Assembly: GCF_035084215.1 (NCBI RefSeq)
Contig: NC_090335.1
Span: forward strand, 54,374,001 to 54,438,000
Reading direction: 5' to 3'
Length of the DNA stretch: 64,000 nt
Origin: Heptranchias perlo
Taxonomy: Eukaryota
The position numbers and the translations under genes are program-made. This document shows positions 38,205 through 49,979 of the stretch, piece after piece (positions within the stretch are counted from its first letter, which is position 1; each line of letters starts with the position of its first letter). A model generated the notes under the pieces. The model saw only the letters and a program-made list of their open reading frames with translations, did no database searches and was not told the DNA's origin.

Positions 38205-39079
38205 CAAGCAAACAGTTAAACTGCATTATGGCTGCCACTAATTCTAATTAACAACATGGTAACAGCCCTCCATTTAATAGCACCATTAGAACGAACAAAG
38301 TCTTGGCCGAAATGATGCAGGGATGAGTGCCAATTGACATCTGTAAACTTGGAGGAATTAGAACTGAGCTCTGCAAGGTATGGTTCACTTCAAAGGGAAT
38401 AAAGATTAATGGTTAAATAGAGTCACTGTCAAATGAAATATTTACTTAGCCGCTGAACTGAAGGAGGAACAGAAACTTCATCCTACAATTTGGCTCAGAT
38501 TGGACTGGAGCACCTTTCAATTTAACCTGTTCTCTTCAAGCCCTTGTGATCACAGGTGAGTCAGCAGAGGTTATAAACTGTCATCAATGGGTGATTACGT
38601 TTAATATATGTATCAGCAATACCACAATCTTTCCACAAGCACTGGGTAATAAATATTGAATGTTGAAAATGCACCAAAAGTTTACTTGGCTCCAGTAGGT
38701 GAGTTGAAAATATTGAATACCAATCCAGCATGGTATCAACTGCAGAATATTGTGAATTGCTTTGAATTTTATTTTAATCTGTTCTTGTATAATCAAGATT
38801 ATTTTGCTTTTCTATTCACCAAGGGTACACATGCACACTCTCACTTGAACTATACAGCTTATAAGCCTCAAAGGAGAGAGGTTTACATACCGACATCATG
38901 GTTTATTTTTCTGTAAAACACTATTCATGAGTTGTTTTATTCACTATAAATTCACACACTCCAGTGATCGCAGTAAGCAATTCCAGCAGTGGCCTGTAGG
39001 AGTACGAAGTCATTTCTGGAATTAACGTAAGTGTACTTATTTATGTATTATTTTAGCTTTGCAGTCTTAGGAAGCATAC

Positions 39080-39160
39080 CTCTGCTAACTGAAACAACGC
39101 TGAATTCCCACACTGCTTTGTAGAGTCAGGGACCCCTGACTGCGCTGTATTGGAGGAAAT
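39080..39160 (-). CDS. BBX: BBX coding exon 5 (ISSNTAQSGVPDSTKQCGNSALFQLAE)
   Basis: SALFQLAE motif. Acceptor ttccttcacgcag|ATT, donor GAG|gtatgc. 81 nt, phase 0-0. Confidence 0.92.
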
Positions 39161-39614
39161 CTGCGTGAAGGAAGAAAAGAAAACATCAGTTTCAACTGAA
39201 ATGTCATACTCTTTACTTTAATAGTTACATCTCTGGCAGCAGAGAGAAAAGAATTGTGACCAAAACAAAAAAATACTTATTAATTTTTGAGCACTTAATC
39301 GTCAGAATTGAGTAAATGGTTGCTAAATTTCACATACTGTCAGTACAATGTTTTTATTAAGGGCAGAGTTTGAAATCTGTTGCCAGCTACTATTTTGCCA
39401 GTACCTTTCCAGTTCTGCAAGTAGAATTTGTAATAATTAGCAATATTCCTACTTAATTAAATGCACAGTATCCACTTGCAAGTGATTACACGAGACTAGT
39501 AAATTCATACTGAGGTATAAAATGGGAAGTGGATGACATCACTAGGAAATGCTTAAAACAACATGAAAACATTGGGAAACAGTCAGAATCAGATCCACCA
39601 GTGGAGAGATTTGA

Positions 39615-40510
39615 ATGAATCATAAAATGATACAGTACAGGAGATGCCATTTAGCCCATTGTGTCTGTGCCAACTGAAAAAGAGCTATCCAGCCTAATCC
39701 CACTTTCCAGCTCTTGGTCCATAGCCTTGTAGATTATGGCACTTCAAGCGCATATCCAAGTACTTTTTAAATGTGATGAGGGTTTCTGCTTCTACCACCC
39801 TTTCAGGCAGTGAGTTCCAGACCCCCACCACCCTCTGGGTGAAAAAAAATCTCCTCAACTCCCCTCTAATCCTTTTACCAATTACTTTAAATCTATGCTC
39901 CCTGGTTATTGACCTCTCTGCTAAGGGAAATAGGTCCTTCCTATCCACTCTAACTAGGCCCCTCATAATTTTATACACCTCAATTAAATCTCCCCTCAGC
40001 CTCCTCTGTTCCAAAGAAAACAACCCCAGCCTATCCAATCTTTCCTCATAGCTAAAATTCTCCAGTCCTGGCAACATCCTCATATATCTCGTCTGTACCC
40101 TCTCTAGTGCAATCACATCTTTCTTGTAATGTGGTGACCAGAACTGTACGCAGTACTCTACCTGTGGCCTAACTAGTGTTTCATACAGTTCTAGCATAAC
40201 CTCCCTGCTCTTATATTCTGTGCCTCGGCTAATAAAGGAAAGGAAGGATCTGTGGACGTGCACTCCAAGGTCCATCTGTTCCTCTACACTTCTCAGTACC
40301 TTACCATTTATTGTGTATTCCCTTGCCCTATTTGCCCTCCCCAAATGCATTACCTCACACTTCTTAGGAGAACAACCCCAGCTTCTCCAGTCCCGCCACA
40401 TAACTGAAGTCCCTCATCCTTGGTACCATTCTAGTAAGTTTCAGCTACACCCTCTCCAAGGCCTTGACATCCTTTCAAAAGTGTGGTGTCTAGAATTGGG
40501 CACAATATGC
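39615..40510 (-). mobile_element. CR1 LINE 3' part with internal deletions and an adjoining second CR1 piece
   Basis: ORF 39694..40401 (LVRPQVEYCVQFWSP...GPRAGKWD); closely similar to 8786-9570. Confidence 0.92.
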
Positions 40511-41541
40511 TCTCTAACTTCTTAAGATAGAGAACGGTGTCCAAGACACCAATGTACAAAAGCTTTAGCTGTGGAGCCTGCATAAATAACTGTGCATACA
40601 GCACCACAAAGATGGCTAACAATGTCAGATTCACAATGCAAACATAATGCTACACTGGTATCCTCAATCCTGTCCGAATCAATGAACATTCTGTTGGCTA
40701 GTGACAAACCTGTCCAGTGGAAAATATATAATACTCTTCCCCAATAAAGGGCACACTTTATGTTAGGCACAATTCATGACTGATCACAAATCCCAGACAC
40801 TGGTGCAACAACCTACAGACAGAAATTGCCAACTAAACTGGAGAAATTCAATAAAAACTTCTCTCAATGAGCTCTATGACTGTAAGAGGTTATTTGAGTT
40901 TATATTCCAACAAACATACAAAAATGACAAACCATGAATTTAAACTTCTTCTGGTTTGTGAGACAATAAAGATCTGCTGCCAAAAGCAGGGGAAAAAAAA
41001 CTAAAGGCAGAGCTCAGAGTGGGAAAAGCGTATGTGACAACAGAGTGCGAATTTCTTAATGGGACAACACGATATCCTCCCCCCAGAGAATGGTAATATC
41101 CTATTTTTATGTGAAAAATGAAACACGATTTCAACAGTACAACAAATATTCAAATGTAATGGATGACGGGGGGGGGGAAGAGGGGGAAACAGAAGAGTGT
41201 CATAAGATAGAATTAGATCTGCGACAAATGTTCGGGTCAACAGGTTTATTACCAAGAGCATATTTTGTTCAATATGAATTGACCTACAAACAACTGTCTT
41301 TCTGTCACTATAAGATAAGCTTGCCCTTCACTATTCAGGTTAATGGACAAATTTACTTGTTCTCATTGTATTTTTAAGTTGTAGAGTAAAAGGTGGAATT
41401 AACAGGACAATGAACACAGCAGCAATGCACACTTAAGTGTAGTAAAGTATAGCAAGTGGGCTTTATTATACTAGCTAAAGTTAAGAAACCAAAAGAATAT
41501 ATTGGTGTTTAATGATGTCAAAGCCCATCCTGTCAACTTAC

Positions 41542-41609
41542 CTCCTTGGTTGTCAAGGCATGTTCTCCCGCTAAGAGCAGCATGCTGAGTCCTCCCATTT
41601 GAGTAGGAT
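41542..41609 (-). CDS. BBX: BBX coding exon 4 (DPTQMGGLSMLLLAGEHALTTKE)
   Basis: Conserved BBX peptide. Acceptor tttactgatag|AT, donor GAG|gtaagt. 68 nt restores phase 0. Confidence 0.94.
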
Positions 41610-41809
41610 CTATCAGTAAAGAGATACATGCATGCGTTATTCATTCCTGAAGTATTCCCATTACACAATCTATTACAACTGGATCTAGTTCAGACAATAA
41701 CATGTTAACCGATTTACAGATAGAAGTCAGCCAGTAAACTACCACCTTATAAAGAAAAATCTAAAAATGTATTGCAGATATTGTTACAATATGCTATTCT
41801 GAACAAAGA

Positions 41810-42255
41810 TTCTCCTGATGGCTCAGTGGGTAAATGGTCTAGGGGTGGTGTAGTTATGAGCTATACAAATTTCTATTTCAATACCATACCATCTTATCAT
41901 ATCTCTAAGAAATGTCCCAAAGCTCTAAACGTACATGAAATGCTCTGAAGTGCAGTCACTGTTTTGTAGACAAACACGGCAGCCATGATGCACATTGCAT
42001 ATAGATGAGAAAGACCTCAAGTTATATCCCTGGTCCATACTCAGTTAGCTGACCTTAGCCAGGAAAGCAGTGGGCACACTACAATTGGCCTCACCGCCCT
42101 GGGTGAGGAGAGATTTGAGCCTAAGATCCTTGCTCATGATCGTAATTCTAGCGATCTCCGTTAGAAAATTGTGTGTGTATGTCAGGCAAAGACAGAATTG
42201 GATCAGCTGTGATGCCCCCATGAGTGAACAGTTTTCCAATACTGACTGTGCCACT
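41810..42255 (+). mobile_element. Decayed tRNA-derived SINE interrupted by a Deu-SINE fragment (~41870-42000)
   Basis: A-box-like tggctcagtgggtaa. Body (tcagttagctgaccttagc...acaattggcctca) is shared with 62770-63070 and 45545-45780. Confidence 0.55.
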
Positions 42256-42959
42256 AGCTGATGTTTCACATCTATCATTTTCAGACATTCATAAATAGTA
42301 GGGCTGTCACCGAAAATAAACTCTTTTCACCTCTTGTGAAAATATACTTCACCCTCATGTTTATGGGATTCTGCTTTTCGAGCACATTAAATTATTCCAA
42401 AAAAGTCAGCGCTCAAAGCAGGAAGCTATCTGGGGCAAGATCCGGGTCCCAAAACAAAACTGAATTCTCTGTTTTTTTTCCCCTTACTTAAAATCAGCTC
42501 CAGAGTTCCATACACATCACTGGATCCAATTTTCAGCAAGAAAAAAAATAGGAGAAATTTTTCGAAGAAATCTGACGATCAATTTTTGTTGGTCCTCCAA
42601 CCCCAAAAAAATCTTTGAATTTATAGGGTGGGGGAGAGGGTTAAGGAAAATTAGCAACAAACGGCATTAATGATCTTAAATGAGATGGAGAATTTATTAT
42701 TGTGTTGATAAAATGTAAATTTGTGTCCTTTTAAGACTACAAAGTGTAATTGCACTGAATTCTTCAAATAAATGCTTGAGCCGATTACAGGTCAGATCGG
42801 AATTCTTTAAGTTTAAAAAGGATCCAAATTTTATCAAGTGAAATCAAGATCAATGTTGACTCACAGTTTAACTCACGAATGGTTAGGGAACCATAGAGAC
42901 TGGGATATGCTGATCTTAAAATCTGTAACAATGTGTGCCATCTGGAGTGTTGACATATA

Positions 42960-43428
42960 GGCTGAGAAACTGGTTTTGAATTCAAAACCGGCGAAGTGGA
43001 CTGCACACCTGGAGCACGTGGCCTGTAAATGTTGGCCCAACGCTCGCTCTGAATTGGGCCTCAGACCTTATTTCCATAAAACCGGCGAGCTGCGGACACC
43101 AAGCAGGTGCAGCTCATCGACTGGGGCCTTCGCAAAATCGGACACCGAGACAGACCACTGGTTAGGTCGCAATTCACCTGGAAAAACTGAGTGGAGCAAA
43201 TGCCCAGTTTCTGCTGAATTTGGGAGTGGGACGCTATAACAGGCGTTAGGTCCCAATTAGCATATTTTCAAACCACCTAATGCCTGTTTCAGGCAAGCAC
43301 TCTAGACACTGGACTTCCAAATAAGGGGGAAGAGAACTCAGGCATGGGATGCTGTCACCCGAAATTCATCCCACAAACACTCAGTTAGCGTCTAGGAATC
43401 TGGCTTGATGTGGGACAATTTCTCCCCC
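42960..43428. mobile_element. Decayed Harbinger-like MITE
   Basis: CpG-rich; degenerate TIRs ggctgagaaactg / caatttctccccc (10/13). Confidence 0.5.
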
Positions 43429-43733
43429 GTTGTTTTTAACATTAGATAGATAATGGGTAAATGCATGGTGTAGTGTGGCATGGGGCCATATAACCCAGTA
43501 AGTTAATGGAGGCGGGAATCAGTTGCTACTTACAAAATGCCATTGGAAAAAGCCTGGGAGCAAGTCACCCACCAGGTTCCATGGAGTAGGGCATGTTGAA
43601 GAGGAGGAGAAGAACTAAGAACTGGAGAGAAAAGAACTAAGAAAGGGATTGTTTTCTTAAAACAAAGTTGTTCTAATTGCTGAGACTGTAAAATAATGAT
43701 GAACCCTTTTAAATTATCAACAGGATTATTTAC

Positions 43734-43932
43734 CTGCCATGGCAAAGTTGATTTGTGGAATTTCCTCAGTCTTTACCACCCTTTTGGTAATGGGAAACTC
43801 CTTTGCAGGTTCTGTTGGAAATGTCCACAGCTTCTTCCTTGTTGTAACAGTAGGTGATGGACTTTTCAGCGGCTTGTTTGTGGTTGGACACCACTTGTAA
43901 CCAGGGTTGGCCTTCAGAAAAGCATCCTTGTA
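43734..43932 (-). CDS. BBX: BBX coding exon 3 (YKDAFLKANPGYKWCPTTNKP...PQINFAMA)
   Basis: Completes the HMG box. Acceptor ctctttcttag|TAC, donor G|gtaaat. 199 nt. Read by hand; not in the ORF track. Confidence 0.95.
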
Positions 43933-44544
43933 CTAAGAAAGAGCAATAGTAGGAGTTATTGACAGAAATAATCCAATACCATATTAAACCACTACAGGCT
44001 TGCTGTCACTGTACAAACTATCCCAAGAACAGAAACAATCCCAAATGATTAATCATGATAAACCTCTGCATGGTTTTCAGAAGGCATAATTTTGAGTGTA
44101 ATTTGCAGTAATTCAACATATGCACTCGAGGTTTTGAATTGGGCTTTTTACTACAAATGTTTAAGCTGTAAGCACAGTCCTACAAGTCTTATGCTACTGA
44201 GTCAATTCCAAACTTTTATCTCATGTCAATGGTTGCAATCATCATAATTGAAGAGCAAATTAGGATCCACTTGCAATGGGACAGCATCACCAGATGATAA
44301 TACATAGGGGGGTGGTCTGACCTTTATGGTACACTTGTACCACACCACATTTCAGTCAATGACCAACAAACAGCAGCAAGCACAAAAAAGTGTAGCAAAC
44401 AGGGATACAGGTACGGAAGGATTATAAATTCCAATGAGCTGCGAGATCCTGGTAATCATTCTTGTAGGACAGAGCTCCCATTACTCCTTAAGTTAGATAC
44501 AGTTTGTAACAATGAAAAGTTGTACATGGTCTGTTTGAAGAAAT

Positions 44545-45495
44545 GAATTTGATGAGCGTGACTGAACATTTTCAGCTGATCAGGGAGAGCCAGCATGGAT
44601 TTGTAAAGGGTAGGTCATGCCTGACGATCCTGATTGAATTATTTTTGAAGGGATGACTAAAGTAGTGGACAGGGGAATGTCTATGGATGTTGTTTATATG
44701 GACTTCCAGAAGGCATTCAATAAAGTCACTCATAAGAGACTGTTAGCTGAAGTTGAAGCTCATTGAATTGAGAGCAAATTATTGAACTGGTTAGGAAATT
44801 GGCTGAGCGGCTGAGTAGGGATAATGGGCAGGTACTCAAATTGTCAGGATGTGACTAGCGGTGTCCCACAGGGATCTGTGTTGGGGCCTCAACTATTCAC
44901 TGTATTTATTAATGACTTAGATGATGGGATAGTCACACATCCACGATGACACAAAGATAGGCAGTGTGGATGGAAGCATTAAATTGCAGAGAAATATTAA
45001 TAAATTAAGTGAATGGCCAAAACTGTGGCAAATGGATTTCAATGTAGGCAAGTGTGAGATCATCCACTTTGGACCCAAAAGGATAGACCAGAGTACTTTC
45101 TAAATGGTGAAAAGCTCATAACAGTGGAGGTCCAAAGAGACTTATGGGTCCATTAAAATGTAATGACAGGTGCAGAAAATAATCAAAAAGGCTAATGGAA
45201 TGCTGGCCTTTATATCTAGAGGACTAGAATACAAGGGGGTGCTACAGCTATACAAAGTCCTGGTTAGACCACACCTGGAGTACTGTATTCAATTCCAGGC
45301 ACTGTACCTTAGGACGGATATATTGGCCTTGCAGGGTGTGCAGCATAGATTTACTAGAATGATACCTGGACTCCAAGGGTTAAATTACGAGGAGAGATTA
45401 CACAAACTAGGGTTGCATTCCCTGGGATTTAGAAGATTAAGAAGCGATTTGATCAAAGTTTTCAAGAAATTAAGGGGAACTGATAGGGTAGATGG
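44545..45495 (+). mobile_element. CR1 LINE, decayed RT
   Basis: cagcatggatttgtaaagggtaggtcatgcctgac, gacttccagaaggcatt, and ORF 45170..45508 (LVRPHLEYCIQF). Confidence 0.9.
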
Positions 45496-47061
45496 ACACA
45501 GACAGTAGCTTCCAAGTGTCAACACAGAGTCAATCTAACCTTAAAGCAGATTGCAGCGAGTTAGCCTACCCTAGCCCGGGTCACTTGTGCAGGTGCAATG
45601 ATTCACTTTACAATCCCCAGGCTGCGGGGGAAAAAAAAATCAGTTCTTGGTCTCTAACCAGTGACCCTTTCTGAATTGCTGAATTGAGACGACGTCAGCT
45701 TTAACCACGGTCCCCACAATCCAACAGCCCACCAACATGCATTGTCCAAGCTCACGCATTAATGATCATTTGGGCAAAGTACAAAGTGGGTGTCTACCAC
45801 CTATGATGCAATGCTTAGGATGAGAATTGGAGAGTGGAAATGGGTGGGGAAAGAGTAAAACATTTATTTAATTTTGCTGTAGGGAAACATATTCTAATAA
45901 TTTACTGTGCCAACTGATCACACTCAGTTCAGATACGAGATGAATCGAAGTTGAAGAAACTAGCTCCACCTCTCCCAAATTAGTGTTCCCTCCACCATCC
46001 AATTCTCCTCCAACTGGTCCCAAACTCACTATGCCTCATGACACCCATGGTGTATCATTGCTTCTGAAGAGCTTTTTCCTTAATATCTCTACCCAAAAAA
46101 GCCAAGCTAAAATTGGCTAAAATGTAGGAGATCGTGGGGGGTGTAAATCAACAAGCAGCTTTGGGAAACTGAAATAGTACCAATTGATTTTTGATGGCAT
46201 CAAGACAGTATTTTAGCTTGTCACTATGCCACCTTGCTTTCCATTAAAAAGCTCTGTGACCCTGCTTCAAACATAAATTGTAAATAAAGTCATTTGGTGC
46301 TTTTTTGGCATCTGCTTTTCTGTGCAGCATATGACTTTTTCTTCCCTGCACACTGAGCTCTTGACCACCATAAATAAATCTCTGTGCCTCCATGTGTCAT
46401 TATAAGTGCTACCTCCTCTCCACATTTAAAACTCAGTTTTGCCCCACAATCAAATCCTTATAAACTCCATTTCCACTTCTGCCATGCTATACATAAATCC
46501 CCCCAAACTTCAAATAAATAAATGTATGCACTGCTGAAAATAATTAAATAACTCTGCATTCCTCCAAAGTTTCCAACTGCTCCTACATTTTAAAACTCAA
46601 TATTTAAAAATCAATATTTCCCCCCAAAGCTCATCTTTTCCCCATAAAATAAATTCCTCTAAATTAAATTTCTACTGCAGCCTTTTCATAAATAGGTCCC
46701 CAATCTTAAATAAATAAAACAGTGCCCAACCTCAAGATAAATAAATAGCTGATGCCACAGGTCTTAAAAAAATAAATGTATTACTATAAATTTAAGTCCA
46801 CGATTACCTTTTATAAATAAATTGTCCAATCTTTAAATAAATAAATGTCCAATATCACCCATCTTAAAAATAAATAAATGTCAGTAAAATGTATTCCCTC
46901 TACTCCCCTTCATTTAATAAATTGCCATAATTTTAGAACGTTTGTAAATTTCATTCCCAGTACTGGTCCTTAATGAATGTATCACCTTAATAACATAACA
47001 CTCATATCTTTGGAATACCATATCCTTTGAGCTAACTGTGAGCAACACCATGGCAGATTCA

Positions 47062-47064
<3 letters not shown>

Positions 47065-47097
<33 letters not shown>
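47065..47097. repeat. (AC)n microsatellite followed by a short (AT)n
   Basis: Direct reading. Confidence 0.97.
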
Positions 47098-47106
<9 letters not shown>

Positions 47107-47564
47107 TATATATAAAATTATATTTAAAAAAAATAAAATCAAGGTATTAGGAAAAATGGAAAAATACAGTAAAATGAGTATATTTTGGAAAATCTCCAAA
47201 CTGCATCTAGTATCTAAAATGAAACTGATCTGAAATTGTTCACAGGGGTGCAAATCACAGAGAGATACACCAAGATTTTGGCAAAGACTGAGAATTACTT
47301 TCCACTTTCTCTTTTCAAATCATTTAGTGAAAAGTGCATCACCTCAGACTTTGCATCATGCTAACACATCAATCAGACATGCAACAGCTTTCTTTTTAGA
47401 ATATTTATTGGTTCTATATGAAATATATAGAACTGCAGAACTCAGTTTGCTTTTGTCCATCATTGTCAACTTCACTAGCTCAGTTTTCTAACTAACAACT
47501 ATTAGCAAATGATTGTTGCTTATGAAAAACTTAGAAATATAAAACCTGGAAATATGAAAAAAAA

Positions 47565-47710
47565 ATTAAAATGCAGGAAATACACAACAGGTAAATCAGC
47601 ATCTAAAAGAGAATAGTTAACATTTTGAGTGTAACCTTTCATTCTTCAGTCCAAATGTCTCTTTTAGATATTGTTGAATGCCCTGCTGTGCACTTCCTAC
47701 TTTGAAATTT
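47565..47710. mobile_element. Decayed, internally deleted palindromic Penelope-derived element (same type as 3092-3280)
   Basis: aatgcaggaaatacacaacagg...agcatctaaaagaga versus tctcttttagata...cctgctgtgcacttcct. Confidence 0.5.
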
Positions 47711-49937
47711 AAAAATTAAGCCCTGCAAAAAAGTCATAACACAGTCTAACTACTCTTTACAGGATTGCAACCCCTTAATACATCGAATCGTAGTTAAAAT
47801 TATAACTCATCTGTGAAATAATGCTAATGAACAAATCCATAACACAATGAGAAAAGTGATAAACTATCACCATCATTGCATGTTAACAAAAAATCCTCAG
47901 CAGTTAAGAACGTGACTATATCTGAACTTTTAGAATCTTCCAACACTACCAGTTACCTGTGTTAGAACTATAGGATATTCCAAGTGGGTATATATATCAA
48001 TTCCTATATATGAACACAGATTAGTGTATCATTCATTTATTTTCCATTTGTGGGACTTTGCTGTGTGCAAATTGGCTGCTTTGTCTTAACTATTTTTATT
48101 TTAAGCAGCTGAGTGTCTAACACATGTATAAACCCATCATCATCTTTAAGCGTCTCTAATTCAAGTTACTAAGAAATCCACATCCATCTTTAGAGTTTCC
48201 GTTTGACCAATATGAAATGCACACTCTCCTCTAAAGGATGCATTCCATTTCACCAAGTCCAGAGATCTTAGGTGCAGGTTTGCACAGTCAAAGTTTAGGG
48301 CCTCCAAGTTTGTACAGGTGCACTGCTTGAGATTACTTGGCAAAAACCATGTAACTTACCAGAGCAGATCAATGCCTAGCTTCCCATTGCTGTTCAACTA
48401 GGACCACCCTATGCATTCGGACTTTAGCCTACAGAGTTATCTGGAGCCAAGTGGGGAAAATCCCAGTTCTCCTTGGTTCCATTAGTGAGCCAGCCTGATT
48501 AGTCAGTCAATCATCAATAATGCACAGGAGCTTTGTTGGATTGCCTGCCACGGAAGAACGGACTTTGTTCTGAATGTCCAACAAGCGTGTCATCTTGGAG
48601 TCACGTTGACCCCAAAGGATCTCCCCCCAAGCCCGCTCTAGGAGGACTAATTGGCCATTAGACAAATGACAAGCATGGGTCTGATCACTCACTAGATCGA
48701 CAGAAGCTACAAGCAGCTCATGAGCGGTATGGTGAGCAACACACCTCACTCGAAATGTGTACGTGCTTTGACAGCATCCTCCTGAGAACAGCATGGACAC
48801 ACATCATACCTCATTGAATAATACTTGACAGTTGAAAATAAGGAAATTTAGCAACTGCTTACCTCCCTGCAACCCAATCCTGGTAACACCATCCCCATGA
48901 TATGTGAAAACATCTTCTCATACCCAGACTCCAGGTAACACCTTCAAGCAGCAGCAATTGCAAGCCTCAACCTTTCCTCATCAGCTAAATGATGCACATC
49001 TGCCTTCAGTGAGGTGGAAGGAATAAGGCAGTTTATGGGCCAGTCAATTTGATGTTCTAGATGACCCAGGCCAGTGCCATCTTTCAGGCTGACACATCAC
49101 CACCTGATTCAATATGTCTTCCTGTACTCTTTTACAATCCTCATCACAATTTACCAGATACCCTAATTTAGCATCATCAGCAAATTTCAGTATTTGTTCC
49201 CTCTGTTCATAAACCCGAATCAGACCACTGTGAAATATCACTCACCACATTTTTGCAGTGCAAGAAATTTCCTTTTACTCCTAACCTTTCCTTTCTGCTT
49301 TCCAGCCATCTCTCTATCATTTTCACAACTCACCTCTTCTGATTATGGACCTTCCTCAATAACTCTACAATCCAACAATGTTGACGTCACCTTTCTGACA
49401 TGTACAGGGAAACAGAGCTCAGCCCACCTACAGGCAGAATGAAATGGCAGCCACTTAGCTTTGCTGCCAGTAGTGCAATGCCTCCAGGAGGTAGGCAACA
49501 AAACCTACTCACAAGATGGTGTTTCCTGTCTCTGCAGGTATATACAACGCTAGATTTATATTACAGCACTTCAAAAGGCAGGGCGTGACAGAGCAATATT
49601 TTAAAACCCTATCTTCTTTTAATTGGTACAGGGCTTCATTATGTGGGATGAATTAATCGTGAAATGAGAATTGTCATACATTGTCACATTAATTTTGAAA
49701 TATGAAGAAAGAGTTTCCAACATGTAGACTATTATATATGGCTATTACCTTTAACACTGTTATTCAGGAAATTGCTGAAATAAAATGTCAGGGAATACAC
49801 TACACAGTATTGGTGTACTTGAGCTGAAAATAAAGCAAAACATATAAATGCATTCACTGAATGGAGCTAAATTGTAAGTACAGTCAACAGGAATGAATAC
49901 ATTGAATGTAGGTACAAGCTAGTATAGTATGTATATT

Positions 49938-49942
<5 letters not shown>

Positions 49943-49976
<34 letters not shown>
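49943..49976. repeat. (AC)17 microsatellite
   Basis: Direct reading. Confidence 0.97.

Positions 49977-49979
<3 letters not shown>

Noticed and set aside
38445-38530. Possible second FQF-type repeat exon (...LLQFSG)
   Set aside because: No usable donor before the stop and no real similarity to the repeat unit.
42972-42989. Perfect 18-bp palindrome ggttttgaattcaaaacc
   Set aside because: Lies at the end of a decayed MITE, with no independent evidence of function.
46260-46930. Recurrent aaataaataaatg units resembling an array
   Set aside because: Degenerate AT-rich minisatellite or low-complexity sequence with no constant repeat-spacer structure; not CRISPR-like.
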